Made by a program: the position numbers and the translations under genes. The notes under the pieces are model-generated. The model had not been told where the DNA came from and did not search any database. It saw nothing but the letters and a program-made list of their open reading frames with translations. Below are positions 1 to 13,384 of a DNA stretch of 64,000 nucleotides, one piece after another (within the stretch, counting starts at the first letter, position 1; every line of letters begins with the position of its first letter). Origin of the DNA: Antedon mediterranea (taxonomy: Eukaryota > Animalia > Echinodermata); NCBI RefSeq assembly GCF_964355755.1, contig NC_092675.1:12519812-12583811 (forward strand), written 5' to 3'.

Positions 1-3000
1 CTTTTTCACACAAAACACCAAAGTGCTTAGAATAATTTCAAATCGCATTTGGAGACGTTTTAGACCAATTTGTGCATTTCGATGAAACTTGGTTACACAA
101 AAACATCAAAGTGCTTAAAATCACATTATAAACCGTTTTAGACCATTTTGAGCATTTCGACAAAACTTTTTCACACAAAACACCAAAGTGATTAGAATAG
201 CTTCAAATCGCATTTGGAGACGTTTTAGACCATTTTGTGATTTTCGAAAAAACTTGGTAACATAAAAACACCAAAGTGCTTAGAATAGCTTCAAATCGCA
301 TTTGGAGATGTTTTAGACAATTTTGTGATTTTCGAAAAAACTTGTTAACATAAAAACACCAAAGTGATTAGAATAGCTTCAAATCACATTTGGAGACGTT
401 TTAGACCATTTTGTGGTTTTCGAAAAAACTTGTTAACATAAAAACACCAAAGTGCTTAGAATAGCTTCAAATCGCATTTGGAGACGTTTTAGACAATTTT
501 GTGCATTTCGATGAAACTTGGTTACACAAAAACATCAAAGTGCTTAAAATCACATTATAAACCGTTTTAGACCATTTTGAGCATTTCGATAACACTGTTC
601 ACACAAAAACATCAAAGAGCACAAAATAGCTTAATATCGTATTTAAAAACGTTTTAGACCATTTTGAGCATTTCGACAAAACTTTTTCACACAAAACACC
701 AAAGTGCTTAGAATAATTTCAAATCGCATTTGGAGATGTTTTAGACCAATTTGTGCATTTCGATGAAACTTCGTTACACAAAAACATCAAAGTGCTTAAA
801 ACCACATTATAAACCGTTTTAGACCATTTTGAGCATTTCGATAACACTTTTTCACACAAAACACCAAAGTGCTTAGAATAGCTTCAAATCGCATTTGGAG
901 ACGTTTTAGACCATTTTGTGATTTTCGAAAAAACTTGTTAACATAAAAACACCAAAGTGATTTGAATAGCTTCAAATCGCATTTGGAGGTGTTTTAGACC
1001 ATTTTGTGATTTTCGAAAAAACTTGTTAACATAAAAACACCAAAGTGCTTAGAATAGCTTCAAATCGCATTTGGAGACGTTTTAGACCAATTTGTGATTT
1101 TCGAAAAAAAATTGTCAACATAAAAACACCAAAGTGTTTAGAATAGCTTCAAATCGCATTTGGAGACGTTTTAGACCAATTTGTGATTTTCGCAAAAACT
1201 TATCAACATAAAAACACCAAAGGGTTTAGAATAGCTTCAAATCGCATTTGGAGACGTTTTAGACCATTTTGTGATTTTTGAAAAAACTTGTTAACATAAA
1301 AACACCAAAGTGCTTAGAGTAGCTTCAAATCGCATTTGGAGACGTTTTAGACCATTTTGTGATTTTCGAAAAAACTTGTTAACATAAAAACACCAAAGTG
1401 ATTAGAATAGCTTCAAATCGCATTTGGAGATGTTTTAGACCATTTTGTGATTTTCGAAAAAACTTGTTAACATAAAAACACCAAAGTGCTTAGAATAGCT
1501 TCAAATCGCATTTGGAGACGTTTTAGACCAATTTGTGATTTTCGAAAAAAATTGTCAACATAAAAACACCAAAGTGTTTAGAATAGCTTCAAATCGCATT
1601 TGGAGACGTTTTAGACCAATTTGTGATTTTCGCAAAAACTTATCAACATAAAAACACCAAAGGGTTTAGAATAGCTTCAAATCGCATTTGGAGACGTTTT
1701 AGACCATTTTGTGATTTTCGAAAAAAAGTGTTAACATAAAAACACCAAAGTGCTTAGAATCACATTATAAACCGTTTTAGACCATTTTGAGCATTTCGAT
1801 AACACTTTTCACACAAAAACATCAAAGAGCACAAAATAGCTTAATATCGTATTTAAAAATGTTTTAGACCATTTTGAGCATTTAGACAAAACTTTTTCAC
1901 ACAAAACACCAAAGTGCTTAGAATAGCTTCAAATCGCATTTGGAGACGTTTTAGACCATTTTGTGATTTTCGAAAAAACTTGTTAACATAAACACACCAA
2001 AGTGCTTAGAATAGCTTCTAATCGCATTTGGAGACATTTTAGACCAATTTGTGATTTTCGAAAAAACTTGTCAACATAAAAACACCAAAGGGTTTAGAAT
2101 AGCTTCAAATCGCATTTGGAGACGTTTTAGACCAATTTGTGATTTTCGAAAAAACTTATCAACATAAAAACACCAAAGTTCTTAGAATCACATTATAAAC
2201 CGTTTTAGACCATTTTGAGCATTTCGATAACAATTTTCACACAAAAACATCAAAGAGCACAAAATAGCTTAATATCGTATTTAAAAACGTTTTAGACCAT
2301 TTTGAGCATTTCGACAAAACTTTTTCACACTAAACACAAAAGTGCTTAGAATAGCTTCAAATCGCATTTGGAGACGTTTTAGACCAATTTGTGCATTTCG
2401 ATGAAACTTGGTTACACAAAAACATCAAAGTGCTTAAAATCACATTATAAACCGTTTTAGACCATTTTGAGCATTTCGATAACACTTTTCACACAAAAAC
2501 ATCAAAGAGCACAAAATAGCTTAATATCGTATTTAAAAACGTTTTAGACCATTTTGAGCATTTAGACAAAACTTTTTCAAACAAAACACCAAAGTGCTTA
2601 GAATAGCTTCAAATCGCATTTGGAGACGTTTTAGACCATTTTGTGATTTTCGAAAAAACATGTCAACATAAAAACACCAAAGGGTTTAGAATAGCTTCAA
2701 ATCGCATTTGGAGACGTTTTAGACCATTTTGTGATTTTCGAAAAAACTTGTTAACATAAAAACACCAAAGTGCTTAGAATAGCTTCAAATCGTATTTGGA
2801 GACGTTTTAGACCATTTTGAGATTTTCGAAAAAACTTGTTAACATAAAAACACCAATGTGATTATAATAGCTTCAAATCGCATTTGGAGATGTTTTAGAC
2901 CATTTTGTGATTTTCGAAAAAACTTGTTAACATAAAGACACCAAAGTGCTTAGAATAGCTTCAAATCGCATTTGGAGACGTTTTAGACCAATTTGTGATT

Positions 3001-6000
3001 TTCGAAAAAAATTGTCAACATAAAAACACCAAAGTGTTTAGAATAGCTTCAAATCGCATTTGGAGACGTTTTAGACCAATTTGTGATTTTCGCAAAAACT
3101 TATCAACATAAAAACACCAAAGGGTTTAGAATAGCTTCAAATCGCATTTGGAGACGTTTTAGACCATTTTGTGATTTTCGAAAAAACTTGTTAACATAAA
3201 AACACCAAAGTGCTTACAATAGATTCAAATCGCATTTGGAGACGTTTTAGACCATTTTGTGATTTTCGAAAAAACTTGTTAACATAAAAACACCAAAGTG
3301 CTTAGAATCACATTATAAACCGTTTTAGACCATTTTGAGCATTTCGATAACACTTTTCACACAAAAACATCAAAGAGCACAAAATAGCTTAATATCGTAT
3401 TTAAAAATGTTTTAGACCATTTTGAGCATTTAAACAAAACTTTTTCACACAAAACACCAAAGTGCTTAGAATAGCTTCAAATCGCATTTGGAGACGTTTT
3501 AGACCAATTTGTGATTTTCGAAAAAACTTATCAACATAAAAACACCAAAGGGTTTAGAATAGCTTCAAATCGCATTTGGAGACGTTTTAGACCATTTTGT
3601 GATTTTCGAAAAAAATTGTTAACATAAAAACACCAAAGTGCTTTAGAATCACATTATAAACCGTTTTAGACCATTTTGAGCATTTCGATAACACTTTTCA
3701 CACAAAAACATCAAAGAGTACAAAATAGCTTAATATCGTATTTAAAAACGTTTTAGACCATTTTGAGCATTTCGACAAAACTTTTTCACACTAAACACAA
3801 AAGTGCTTAGAATAGCTTCAAATCGCATTTGGAGACGTTTTAGACCAATTTGTGCATTTCGATGAAACTTGGTTACACAAAAACATCAAAGTGCTTAAAA
3901 TCACATTATAAACCGTTTTAGACCATTTTGAGCATTTCGATAACACTTTTCACACAAAAACATCAAAGAGCACAAAATAGCTTAATATCGTATTTAAAAA
4001 CGTTTTAGACCATTTTGAGCATTTAGACAAAACTTTTTCAAACAAAACACCAAAGTGCTTAGAATAGCTTCAAATCGCATTTGGAGACGTTTTAGACCAT
4101 TTTGTGATTTTCGAAAAAACATGTCAACATAAAAACACCAAAGGGTTTAGAATAGCTTCAAATCGCATTTGGAGACGTTTTAGACCATTTTGTGATTTTC
4201 GAAAAAACTTGTTAACATAAAAACACCAAAGTGCTTAGAATAGCTTCAAATCGTATTTGGAGACGTTTTAGACCATTTTGAGATTTTCGAAAAAACTTGT
4301 TAACATAAAAACACCAATGTGATTATAATAGCTTCAAATCGCATTTGGAGATGTTTTAGACCATTTTGTGATTTTCGAAAAAACTTGTTAACATAAAGAC
4401 ACCAAAGTGCTTAGAATAGCTTCAAATCGCATTTGGAGACGTTTTAGACCAATTTGTGATTTTCGAAAAAAATTGTCAACATAAAAACACCAAAGTGTTT
4501 AGAATAGCTTCAAATCGCATTTGGAGACGTTTTAGACCAATTTGTGATTTTCGCAAAAACTTATCAACATAAAAACACCAAAGGGTTTAGAATAGCTTCA
4601 AATCGCATTTGGAGACATTTTAGACCATTTTGTGATTTTCGAAAAAACTTGTTAACATAAAAACACCAAAGTGCTTACAATAGATTCAAATCGCATTTGG
4701 AGACGTTTTAGACCATTTTGTGATTTTCGAAAAAACATGTTAACATAAAAACACCAAAGTGCTTAGAATCACATTATAAACCGTTTTAGACCATTTTGAG
4801 CATTTCGATAACACTTTTCACACAAAAACATCAAAGAGCACAAAATAGCTTAATATCGTATTTAAAAATGTTTTAGACCATTTTGAGCATTTAAACAAAA
4901 CTTTTTCACACAAAACACCAAAGTGCTTAGAATAGCTTCAAATCGCATTTGGAGACGTTTTAGACCAATTTGTGATTTTCGAAAAAACTTATCAACATAA
5001 AAACACCAAAGGGTTTAGAATAGCTTCAAATCGCATTTGGAGACGTTTTAGACCATTTTGTGATTTTCGAAAAAAATTGTTAACATAAAAACACCAAAGT
5101 GCTTTAGAATCACATTATAAACCGTTTTAGACCATTTTGAGCATTTCGATAACACTTTTCACACAAAAACATCAAAGAGCACAAAATAGCTTAATATCGT
5201 ATTTAAAAATGTTTTAGACCATTTTGAGCATTTAGACAAAACTTTTTCACACAAAACACCAAAGTGCTTAGAATAGCTTCAAATCGCATTTGGAGACGTT
5301 TTAGACCATTTTGTGATTTTCGAAAAAACTTGTTAACATAAACACACCAAAAGGCTTAGAATAGCTTCTAATCGCATTTGGAGACATTTTAGACCAATTT
5401 GTGATTTTCGAAAAAACTTGTCAACATAAAAACACCAAAGGGTTTAGAATAGCTTCAAATCGCATTTGGAGACGTTTTAGACCATTTTGTGATTTTGGAA
5501 AAAAATTGTTAACATAAAAACACCAAAGTTCTTAGAATCACATTATAAACCGTTTTAGACCATTTTGAGCATTTCGATAACAATTTTCACACAAAAACAT
5601 CAAAGAGCACAAAATAGCTTAATATCGTATTTAAAAATGTTTTAGACCATTTTGAGCATTTAGACAAAACTTTTTCACTCAAAACACCAAAGTGCTTAGG
5701 ATAGCTTCAAATCGCATTTGGAGACGTTTTAGACCATTTTGTGATTTTCGAAAAAAAACTTGTTAACATAAAAACAACGAAGTGCTTAGAATAGCTTCAA
5801 ATCGCATTTGGAGACGTTTTAGACCATTTTGTGATTTTCGAAAAAACTTGGTTACACAAAAACATCAAAGTGGCTTAAAATCACATTATAAACCGTTTTA
5901 GACCATTTTGAGCATTTCGATAACACTTTTCACACAAAAACATCAAAGAGCACAAAATAGCTTAATATCGTATTTAAAAACGTTTTAGACCATTTTGAGC

Positions 6001-8194
6001 ATTTCGACAAAACTTTTTCACACAAAACACCAAAGTGCTTAGAATAGCTTCAAATCGCATTTGGAGACGTTTTAGACCATTTTGTGATTTTCGAAAAAAC
6101 TTGTTAACATAAAAACACCAAAGTGCTTAGAATAGCTTCAAATCGCATTTGGAGACGTTTTAGACCATTTTGTGACTTTCGAAAAAAATTGTTAACATAA
6201 AAACACCAAAGTTCTTAGAATCACATTATAAAACCGTTTTAGACCATTTTGAGCATTTCGATAACACTTTTCACACAAAAACATCAAAGAGCACAAAACA
6301 GCTTAATATCCTATTTAAAAATGTTTTAGACCATTTTGAGCATTTAGACAAAACTTTTTCACACCAAAGTGCTTAGAATAGCTTCAAATCGCATTTGGAG
6401 ACGTTTTAGACCATTTTGTGATTTTCGAAAAAACTTGTTAACATAAAAACACCAAAGTGCTTAGAATAGCTTCAAATCGCATTTGGAGACATTTTAGACC
6501 AATTTGTGATTTTCGAAAAAACTTGTTAACATAAAAACACCAAAGTGCTTAGAATAGCTCCAAATCGTATTTGGAGACGTTTTAGACCATTTTGTGATTT
6601 TCGAAAAAATTTGTTAACATAAAAACACCAAAGTGCTTAGAATAGCTTCAAATCGTATTTGGAGACGTTTTAGACCATTTTGTGATTTTCGAAAAAACTT
6701 GTTAACATAAAAACACCAATGTGCTTAGAATAGCTTCAAATCGCATTTTGAGACGTTTTAGACCATTTTGTGCATTTCGATGAAACTTGGTTACACAAAA
6801 ACATCAAAGTGCTTAAAATCACATTATAAATCGTTTTAGACCATTTTGAGCATTTAGGTAAAACTTTTTCACACAAAACACCAAAGTGCTTAGAATAGCT
6901 TTAAATCGCATTTGGAGACGTTTTAGACCATTTTGTGATTTTTGAAAAAACTTGTTAACATAAAAACACCAAAGTGCTTAGAATAGCTTCAAATCGCATT
7001 TGGAGACGTTTTAGACCATTTTGTGATTTTCGAAAAAACTTTTTAACATAAAAACATCAAAGTGTACAGAATAGCTTCAAATCGCATTTGGAGACGTTTT
7101 AGACCAATTTGTGATTTTCGAAAGAACTTATTAACATAAAAACACCAAAGGGTTTAGAATAGCTTCAAATCGCATTTGGAGACGTTTTAGACCATTTTGT
7201 GATTTTCGAAAAAACTTGTTAACATAAAAACACCAAAGTGCTTAGAATAGCTTCAAATCGCATTTGGAAACGTTTTAGACCATTTTGTGATTTTCGAAAA
7301 AACTTGTTGACATAAAAACACCAAAGTGCTTAGAATAGCTTCAAATCGTATTTGGAGACGTTTTAGACCATTTTGTGCATTTCGATGAAACTTGGTTATA
7401 CAAAAACATCAAAGTGCTTAAAATCACATTATAAACCATTTTAGACCATTTTGAGCATTTCGATAACACTTTTCACACAAAAACATCAAAGAGCACAAAA
7501 TAGCTTAATATCGTATTTAAAAACGTTTTAGACCATTTTGAGCATTTCGACAAAACTTTTTCACACAAAACACCAAAGTGCTTAGAATAGCTTCAAATCG
7601 CATTTGGAGACGTTTTAGACCATTTTGTGATTTTCGAAAAAACTTGTTAACATAAAAACATCAAAGTGTACAGAATAACTTCAAATCGCATTTGGAGACC
7701 GTTTTAGGCCAATTTGTGATTTTCGAAAAAACTTGTTAACCTAAAAATACCAAAGTGTTTAGAATAGCTTCAAATCGCATTTGGAGACGTTTTAGACCAT
7801 TTTGTGATTTTCAAAAAAACTTGTTAACATAAAAACACCAAAGTGCTTAGAATAGCTTCAAATCGCATTTGGAGACATTTTAGACCAATTTGTGATTTTT
7901 GAAAAAACTTGTTAACATAAAAACACCAAAGTGCTTACAATAGCTTCAAATCGTATTTGGAGACGTTTTAGACCATTTTGTGATTTTCGAAAAAACTTGT
8001 TAACATAAAAACACCAAAGTACTTACAATAGCTTCAAATCGCATTTGGAGACGTTTTAGACCATTTTGTGCATTTCGATGAAACTTGGTTACACAAAAAC
8101 ATCAAAGTGCTTAAAATCACATTATAAACCGTTTTAGACCATTTGAGCATTTCGATAACACTTTTCACACAAAAACATCAAAGAGCACAAAATA
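1..8194 (+). repeat. Satellite DNA array, block 1 (88-bp major monomer plus 78- and 87-bp variants)
   Basis: Tandem AACATAAAAACACCAAAGTGCTTAGAATAGCTTCAAATCGCATTTGGAGACGTTTTAGACCATTTTGTGATTTTCGAAAAAACTTGTT. AGCTTCAAAT recurs at 1321 and 1409 (88 bp). GTTTTAGAC anchors at 486, 564, 651 and 738 give 78/87/87-bp variant monomers. Confidence 0.98.
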
Positions 8195-8236
8195 CACAGC
8201 TGTTTCAAACATACGAATTAAGTCATGCGCCCTCAA
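8195..8236 (+). repeat. Left bipartite TIR (14-bp terminal + 11-bp spacer + 17-bp subterminal motif)
   Basis: CACAGCTGTTTCAA (8195-8208), then AAGTCATGCGCCCTCAA (8220-8236), which matches the right-end motif at 16/17 positions in inverted orientation. Confidence 0.85.
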
Positions 8237-8789
8237 CGTTACAAGTCGTATCGCTGGAGTAACAATACATAAACAATTACTTACAAATCCACGTGTGCAG
8301 AGTGGAGTCAAACGTCATTTAAAGACATGTTTTAAACAGCCAATGAGAATGAGATAAAAAAATAAAGGGTCGCTAAAAATATGAATATTCATTAAAGAGT
8401 CCCTGGATGAAACAAGCACGTTGTCGTTTTGTTTTTTTACAAGGAATGTAACGCTGAAAATTAATGGAAGGGTGGACCATAAAATACAAGCATATACCAA
8501 TTTACGCACGTGAGTGACATTTCCAAATTTGGTACATGTTTGTTTGTCCGTATCTTTAAAAAATGTAATTTTCACTCTAATTCTTTGGTACTGCATGATA
8601 ATTTAGTTATCTGTGAATGTTATAACATAGTAATGGTCGAGAGGTGATGGTTGAATTTTTGAGCTACGGCCGTTTCAAATTGTTTCATTTTTAGGCTTAG
8701 GCTTGTGTCTACTCTAGTTGCAACACTGCCTTTCATGTGACAGCTGACACAAATGAGTTTGGAAATGTTACATTATATTAATTATTTAG

Positions 8790-11400
8790 GCCTGGCTGGG
8801 TAGGGTAGGCATATACCAATATTATAGGCCCTATTTTTATTTTAATACTAGGCCTAGGCCCTAGCTAGACCTGTGCTCTCTAGCAGCCTACTACAGAGAA
8901 GCAGCTTTCCGGCTTAGTTAGCCTGGCCTTGAGTAGGCTAGCCTACTACTAGCCTACTACTAGCCTAATAGGTATTAGTAGGCTACCTAATTAAAATTAG
9001 GCCCAGGATCTAGGCCTAGGCCTATATATTTTTAATATTATTTAATCAGTATAATTAATTTTAGTTTTAATAAATTTACAGTATTCATTACAAAAACTGT
9101 AAATTTAATATTATGAGGATTATATATACCATGTATGCAATGACATAGGGAATATTATAGGCCTACCCTGTATGTAATAATTACAATATAAATAATGACA
9201 AGCATCATATTAACATTCGGTTTTGCTCATCACTGCATATTCAAATTAGTATGCAATCATATTAAATTTAATAAGTTAAATTAATTTTATAAAATTGTTA
9301 TAATAATTATTAATGTTATACTATTGTAGGTAGCCTACATATATAGAGCAGTAACCTGAAGTGGCTAAGCAGATTTGGACCATACCTACCATCTATATAG
9401 GTAAGATTATTTTGCTGTTCAAGAAGTAGCAAATATTAAATTGTGTTTACCATGCTATTAATTTTCAATATTAACAATCAATCACTACCTCTGGCTGGGT
9501 AGGCTAGGCCTATATGATAGGCCCTATTTTTATGTTAATATACTAGCTAGACCTGTGCTCTCTATCACTAGCAGCAGCCTACAGAGAAGCAGCTTTCCAG
9601 CTTATTTAGCCTAGCCTAGAGCAATTAGGCTAGGTATAAGTAGACTACCTAATTAGGTCTAGGCTCTACGCCTATATATTATTATTTAATTATTATTAAT
9701 TTTAATTTAATATATTTACAGTATTTATTTAAATAATGTTTCTTATGAGAATACCTGGTTATATATACCCTATGCAATGACATAAGGCATATATGCCTTC
9801 CCTGTATGTAATAATTACAATTAATAATTATTATAAATAATGAATTTTAACATTCGTTTTTGCTCATCACTGCATATTCAAATTAGTATGTATGCAACCA
9901 TATTAAATTTAATAAGCTAATTTTAAGTAATTCTTATAATAATGTTTTACTATTTTGTAGGTACATAGCGGCAACCCAAAGTGGCAAAAACATTTTAAAC
10001 AGATTTGGACCAATACCTAGCAGCCTACCATCTATATACAGTAGGTAAGTTTATTTTACTGCTCAAGAACTAGTAAATTTTAAATTGTGTTTACCATGCT
10101 ATTAATTTTCAATATTAACAATCAATCACTACCAGTGGCTGGGTAGGCTAGGCCTATATTATAGGCCCTATTTTTATTTTAATATACTAGCTAGACCTGT
10201 GCTCTCTAACACTAGCAGCCTACAGAGAAGCAGCTTTCCAGCTTATTTAGCCTAGCCTAGAGCAATAGGCTAGGTATAAGTAGACTACCTAATTAGGTCT
10301 AGGCTCTACGCCTATATATTATTATTTAATTATTATTAATTTTAGTTTTAATATATTTACAGTATTTTATTTAAATAATGTTTATTATGAGAATACCTGG
10401 TTATATATACCCTATGCAATGACATAAGGCATATATGCCTACCCTGTATGTAATAATTACAATTATTATAAATAATGAATTTTAACATTCGTTTTTGCTC
10501 ATCACTGCATATTCAAATTAGTATGTATGCAACCATATTAAATTTAATAAGCTAATTTTAATTAATTCTTATAGTAATGTTTTACTATTTTTTTAGGTAC
10601 ATAGCGGCAACCCGAAGTGGAAAAATCATTTTAAACAGATTTGGACCAATACCTATACCTACCATCTATATTATAGGTAAGTTTATTTTACTGTTCAAGA
10701 ACTAGTCAATTTTAAATTGTGTTTACCATGCTATTAATTTTCAATATTAACAACCAATCACTACCACTGGCTGGGCTAGGCTAGGCTAGGCCAGGCTAGG
10801 CTAGGCCCTATTTTTATTTTAATATACTAGCTAGACCTGTGCTCTCTTGCACTAGCAGCCTAAGAGAAGCAGCTTTCCAGCTTATTTAGCCTAGCCTAGA
10901 GCAATAGGCTAGGTATTAGTAGGCTACCTAATTAGGCCTAGAGGCTATTATTAATTTTTATTTTTAATATATTTACAGTATTTATTACAAATAATGTTTA
11001 TTATGAGGATACCTGGTTATATATACCCTATGCAATGACATAAGGCATATATGCCTACCCTGTATGTAATAATTACAATTATTATAAATAATGAATTTTA
11101 ACATTTGTTTTTGCTCATCACTGCATATTCAAATTTGTGTGTATGCAACCATAGTAAATATAATAAGTTAATTTTAATTAATTCTTATTATAATGTTATA
11201 CTATTACTATTAATATTTTTTAGGTACATAATAATATAGTATAGCGGCAACCCAAAATGGCTAAAACATTTTAAACAGATTTGGACCAATACCTATACCT
11301 ACCATCTATATAGGTAAGTTTATTTTACTGTTCAAGAACTAGTAAATTTTAAATTGTGTTTACCATGCTATGAATTTGTAACTTTAACAATCAATCACTA
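8790..11400. repeat. Internal tandem repeat of the transposon, 4 copies of ~640-680 bp
   Basis: Anchor GACCTGTGCTCTCT at 8868, 9550, 10194 and 10834 (periods 682, 644, 640). Shared blocks GAGAAGCAGCTTTCC, TGCTCATCACTGCATATTCAAATT and CAGATTTGGACCA. Rich in TAGGCCTA/CCTAG motifs. Confidence 0.93.
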
Positions 11401-11666
11401 ACACATGTACAGTACAGCAGTAGTACTATCAATCAATAGTAATTAGTTAGTAATTGAAATATAGACATACTACTGTATAGTATTACTTTTACATGTTCAT
11501 TATCATTAGGCATTGTTAATAGGAAATCAATACAATGCAATATTCCTTTAACATTTAAAAATGTACAATATTTTATGATCATTAATGTTAATGAATCATT
11601 CTTTGTTGGCTTTCTTGCATTTGTTGGGTTTTATTATTTCATTTTGTATCATTGGAGATGTGAAAG

Positions 11667-11867
11667 TCAGATGAGTCTAAGTTTGACTCTAATCCACACT
11701 GCTGTTTTGTGACGGTTGAGTTTGGCATGTATTAGCTCCCCGCCTTGTTCAGAGACCACCTTCCATTCTCTCATGAATGCAATAGCATGGTGCTCAAGCA
11801 TATGTAGCTTAGGCTGTATTACACCTGGTGCAATATGCCTGTATTCTGCTAAAAATACTTGTATCAT
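11667..11867 (-). pseudogene. Transposase C-terminal catalytic fragment (Chapaev/Transib/RAG1-like)
   Basis: IQPKLHMLEHH...SEQGGELIHAKLNR parallels the HxxxxH zinc ligands and downstream catalytic Glu helix of RAG1-family transposases (RAG1 YFHKTLAH...SEGNESGNK). The spacing looks shortened by a small deletion. Recognised by eye. Confidence 0.75.
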
Positions 11868-12299
11868 ATTTTTTATGTAATTAAAAAAATACTTATTTTA
11901 CACATTAATACATTTTATAATTTCAGAAATTTTGTGATGAAAAAGTCAATCTGTGGTGACTGTAGAATGGACCCGAGTCCTGACTATCTTAGACATTTAA
12001 ATAATAGAAAGTTCTGACAATTTAGTTGAATAGAAATGTACAATGTATGATGTAATCTTAATTGAAAATTGGCAGTTTTTAAACTATGTATATAAATTAG
12101 GATGAGAAAACAGTTATTTGATTATGAGGTATGTTCATTTAAATAAATTTGTTAGTATAAACTTTCAAAAAGAGTGAAGATATAAGGAAGAAAAGCAGAT
12201 TATGGAGCAGCTGTACCAAATAAAAAAACTGTTCCCTTAAACGCCAGTGTGTTCTTTCACTTGTGAATGTAGTTTTTGCCCAGGTCATAGTTGTTGTAA

Positions 12300-12561
12300 G
12301 TTGTTGGTGTAGCATGCCAAGCAATTTTTCCATGCCCTGTTAATTTAAATGTTAGCGTGGTAGTATACAGTATCCATTGCAAATTCGTGAATGGCAGGTT
12401 GTACAAATGTATATAGGTTGTGATTTTACATTTGTTAGATTTAGTGCAAATTTGTGACGGCTTTTCATATTTTAAAAATTGTATTTTTTATCTTTTTCTT
12501 TAAATTTTGTTCCACAACAAAAGCAAGTAGAACGTAAAGCCTTTTCGTGAAACTGTGTTGC
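12300..12561 (-). pseudogene. Transposase N-terminal zinc-finger remnant (Chapa / RAG1 N-terminal-like)
   Basis: Manual translation after a TTTTTGTAG acceptor (12561 to 12352): ATQFHEKALRSTCFCCGTKFKEKDKKYNF*NMKSRHKFALNLTNVKSQPIYICTTCHSRICNGYCILPR*, then a frameshifted KNCLAC. The pattern H..L..CxxCG / PxxxCxxC / CxxC resembles RAG1 HQANLRHLCRICG...HPTEFCHNC...CDIC. Absent from the ORF track because of the stop codon. Confidence 0.65.
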
Positions 12562-13384
12562 CTACAAAAATGAAAAGAAATGTTAATTTTACCAACCTTT
12601 AATTTTATATTATATTTATCATACAGTAGTTTGAGTATTTTTGTATAGGCTTTAATTTTAAAAGCCTAGGCCTGGTAGTTAGTAGTTTTACTAAATTTTT
12701 ACATTTATGATGAATTATATTCAGTTGAAATAAATACAATGATAATAATTAAGCTTATTATTTAATCTATTGTAAATTAAAATGATATATAGCATGATTA
12801 CACTACTTATACGTACCAACTAGGCCTAGCTACAACCTAGGCCTAGTTGCGTACAGCCTAGCGAGCGGTTATCAGACGCGTTCATCGACCTCTCGCCAAA
12901 TACGCTGTTTCGCATTTAACAAAACAGTCGAGTTTTTCAATGAAAATTTCTTGAGATTTTCACCGTCACCTCCTAACAATTCAATGTCTCATGTAAGCAT
13001 ATATAATCAAACTTTTACCTAGATTTTCCAAGTATTATGAAAATTACGAATAAAAACAAAAAGTGTACAATTTGACAAGCATTTTTTCAAACTTTCCATT
13101 GTTTACATTTGCTAGGCCGATCGATGTTAATTTTTAAAACTTCCGGGTGTAAATAATTTCGTAAACTTGGTGTTATGCTTAATTACTTATTATTTCCAAA
13201 AAATCGGTAATTAAAAAACTTATTTTCTAACAAATAGTATAAAAATGGTTTTATAATATTTATGACGAAATTGATTAAAATAATTTAAAGTGTAGTTATA
13301 AAAGTTGCAAATGTCGCGAAAGTTGAACGAGATTCAACCACTCGCGCGGCGTCACGCTCAGGCACATATCGCCGTCTGACAATA

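Noticed and set aside
1321-1408. CENP-B box in the monomer
   Set aside because: TTCG is present but the downstream CGGG half is absent.
8315-8596. 93-aa minus-strand ORF near the left end of the transposon (and the 64-aa ORF at 12139-12333)
   Set aside because: No domain signature. At 12139-12333 the Cys motif lies in a different frame from the listed ORF.
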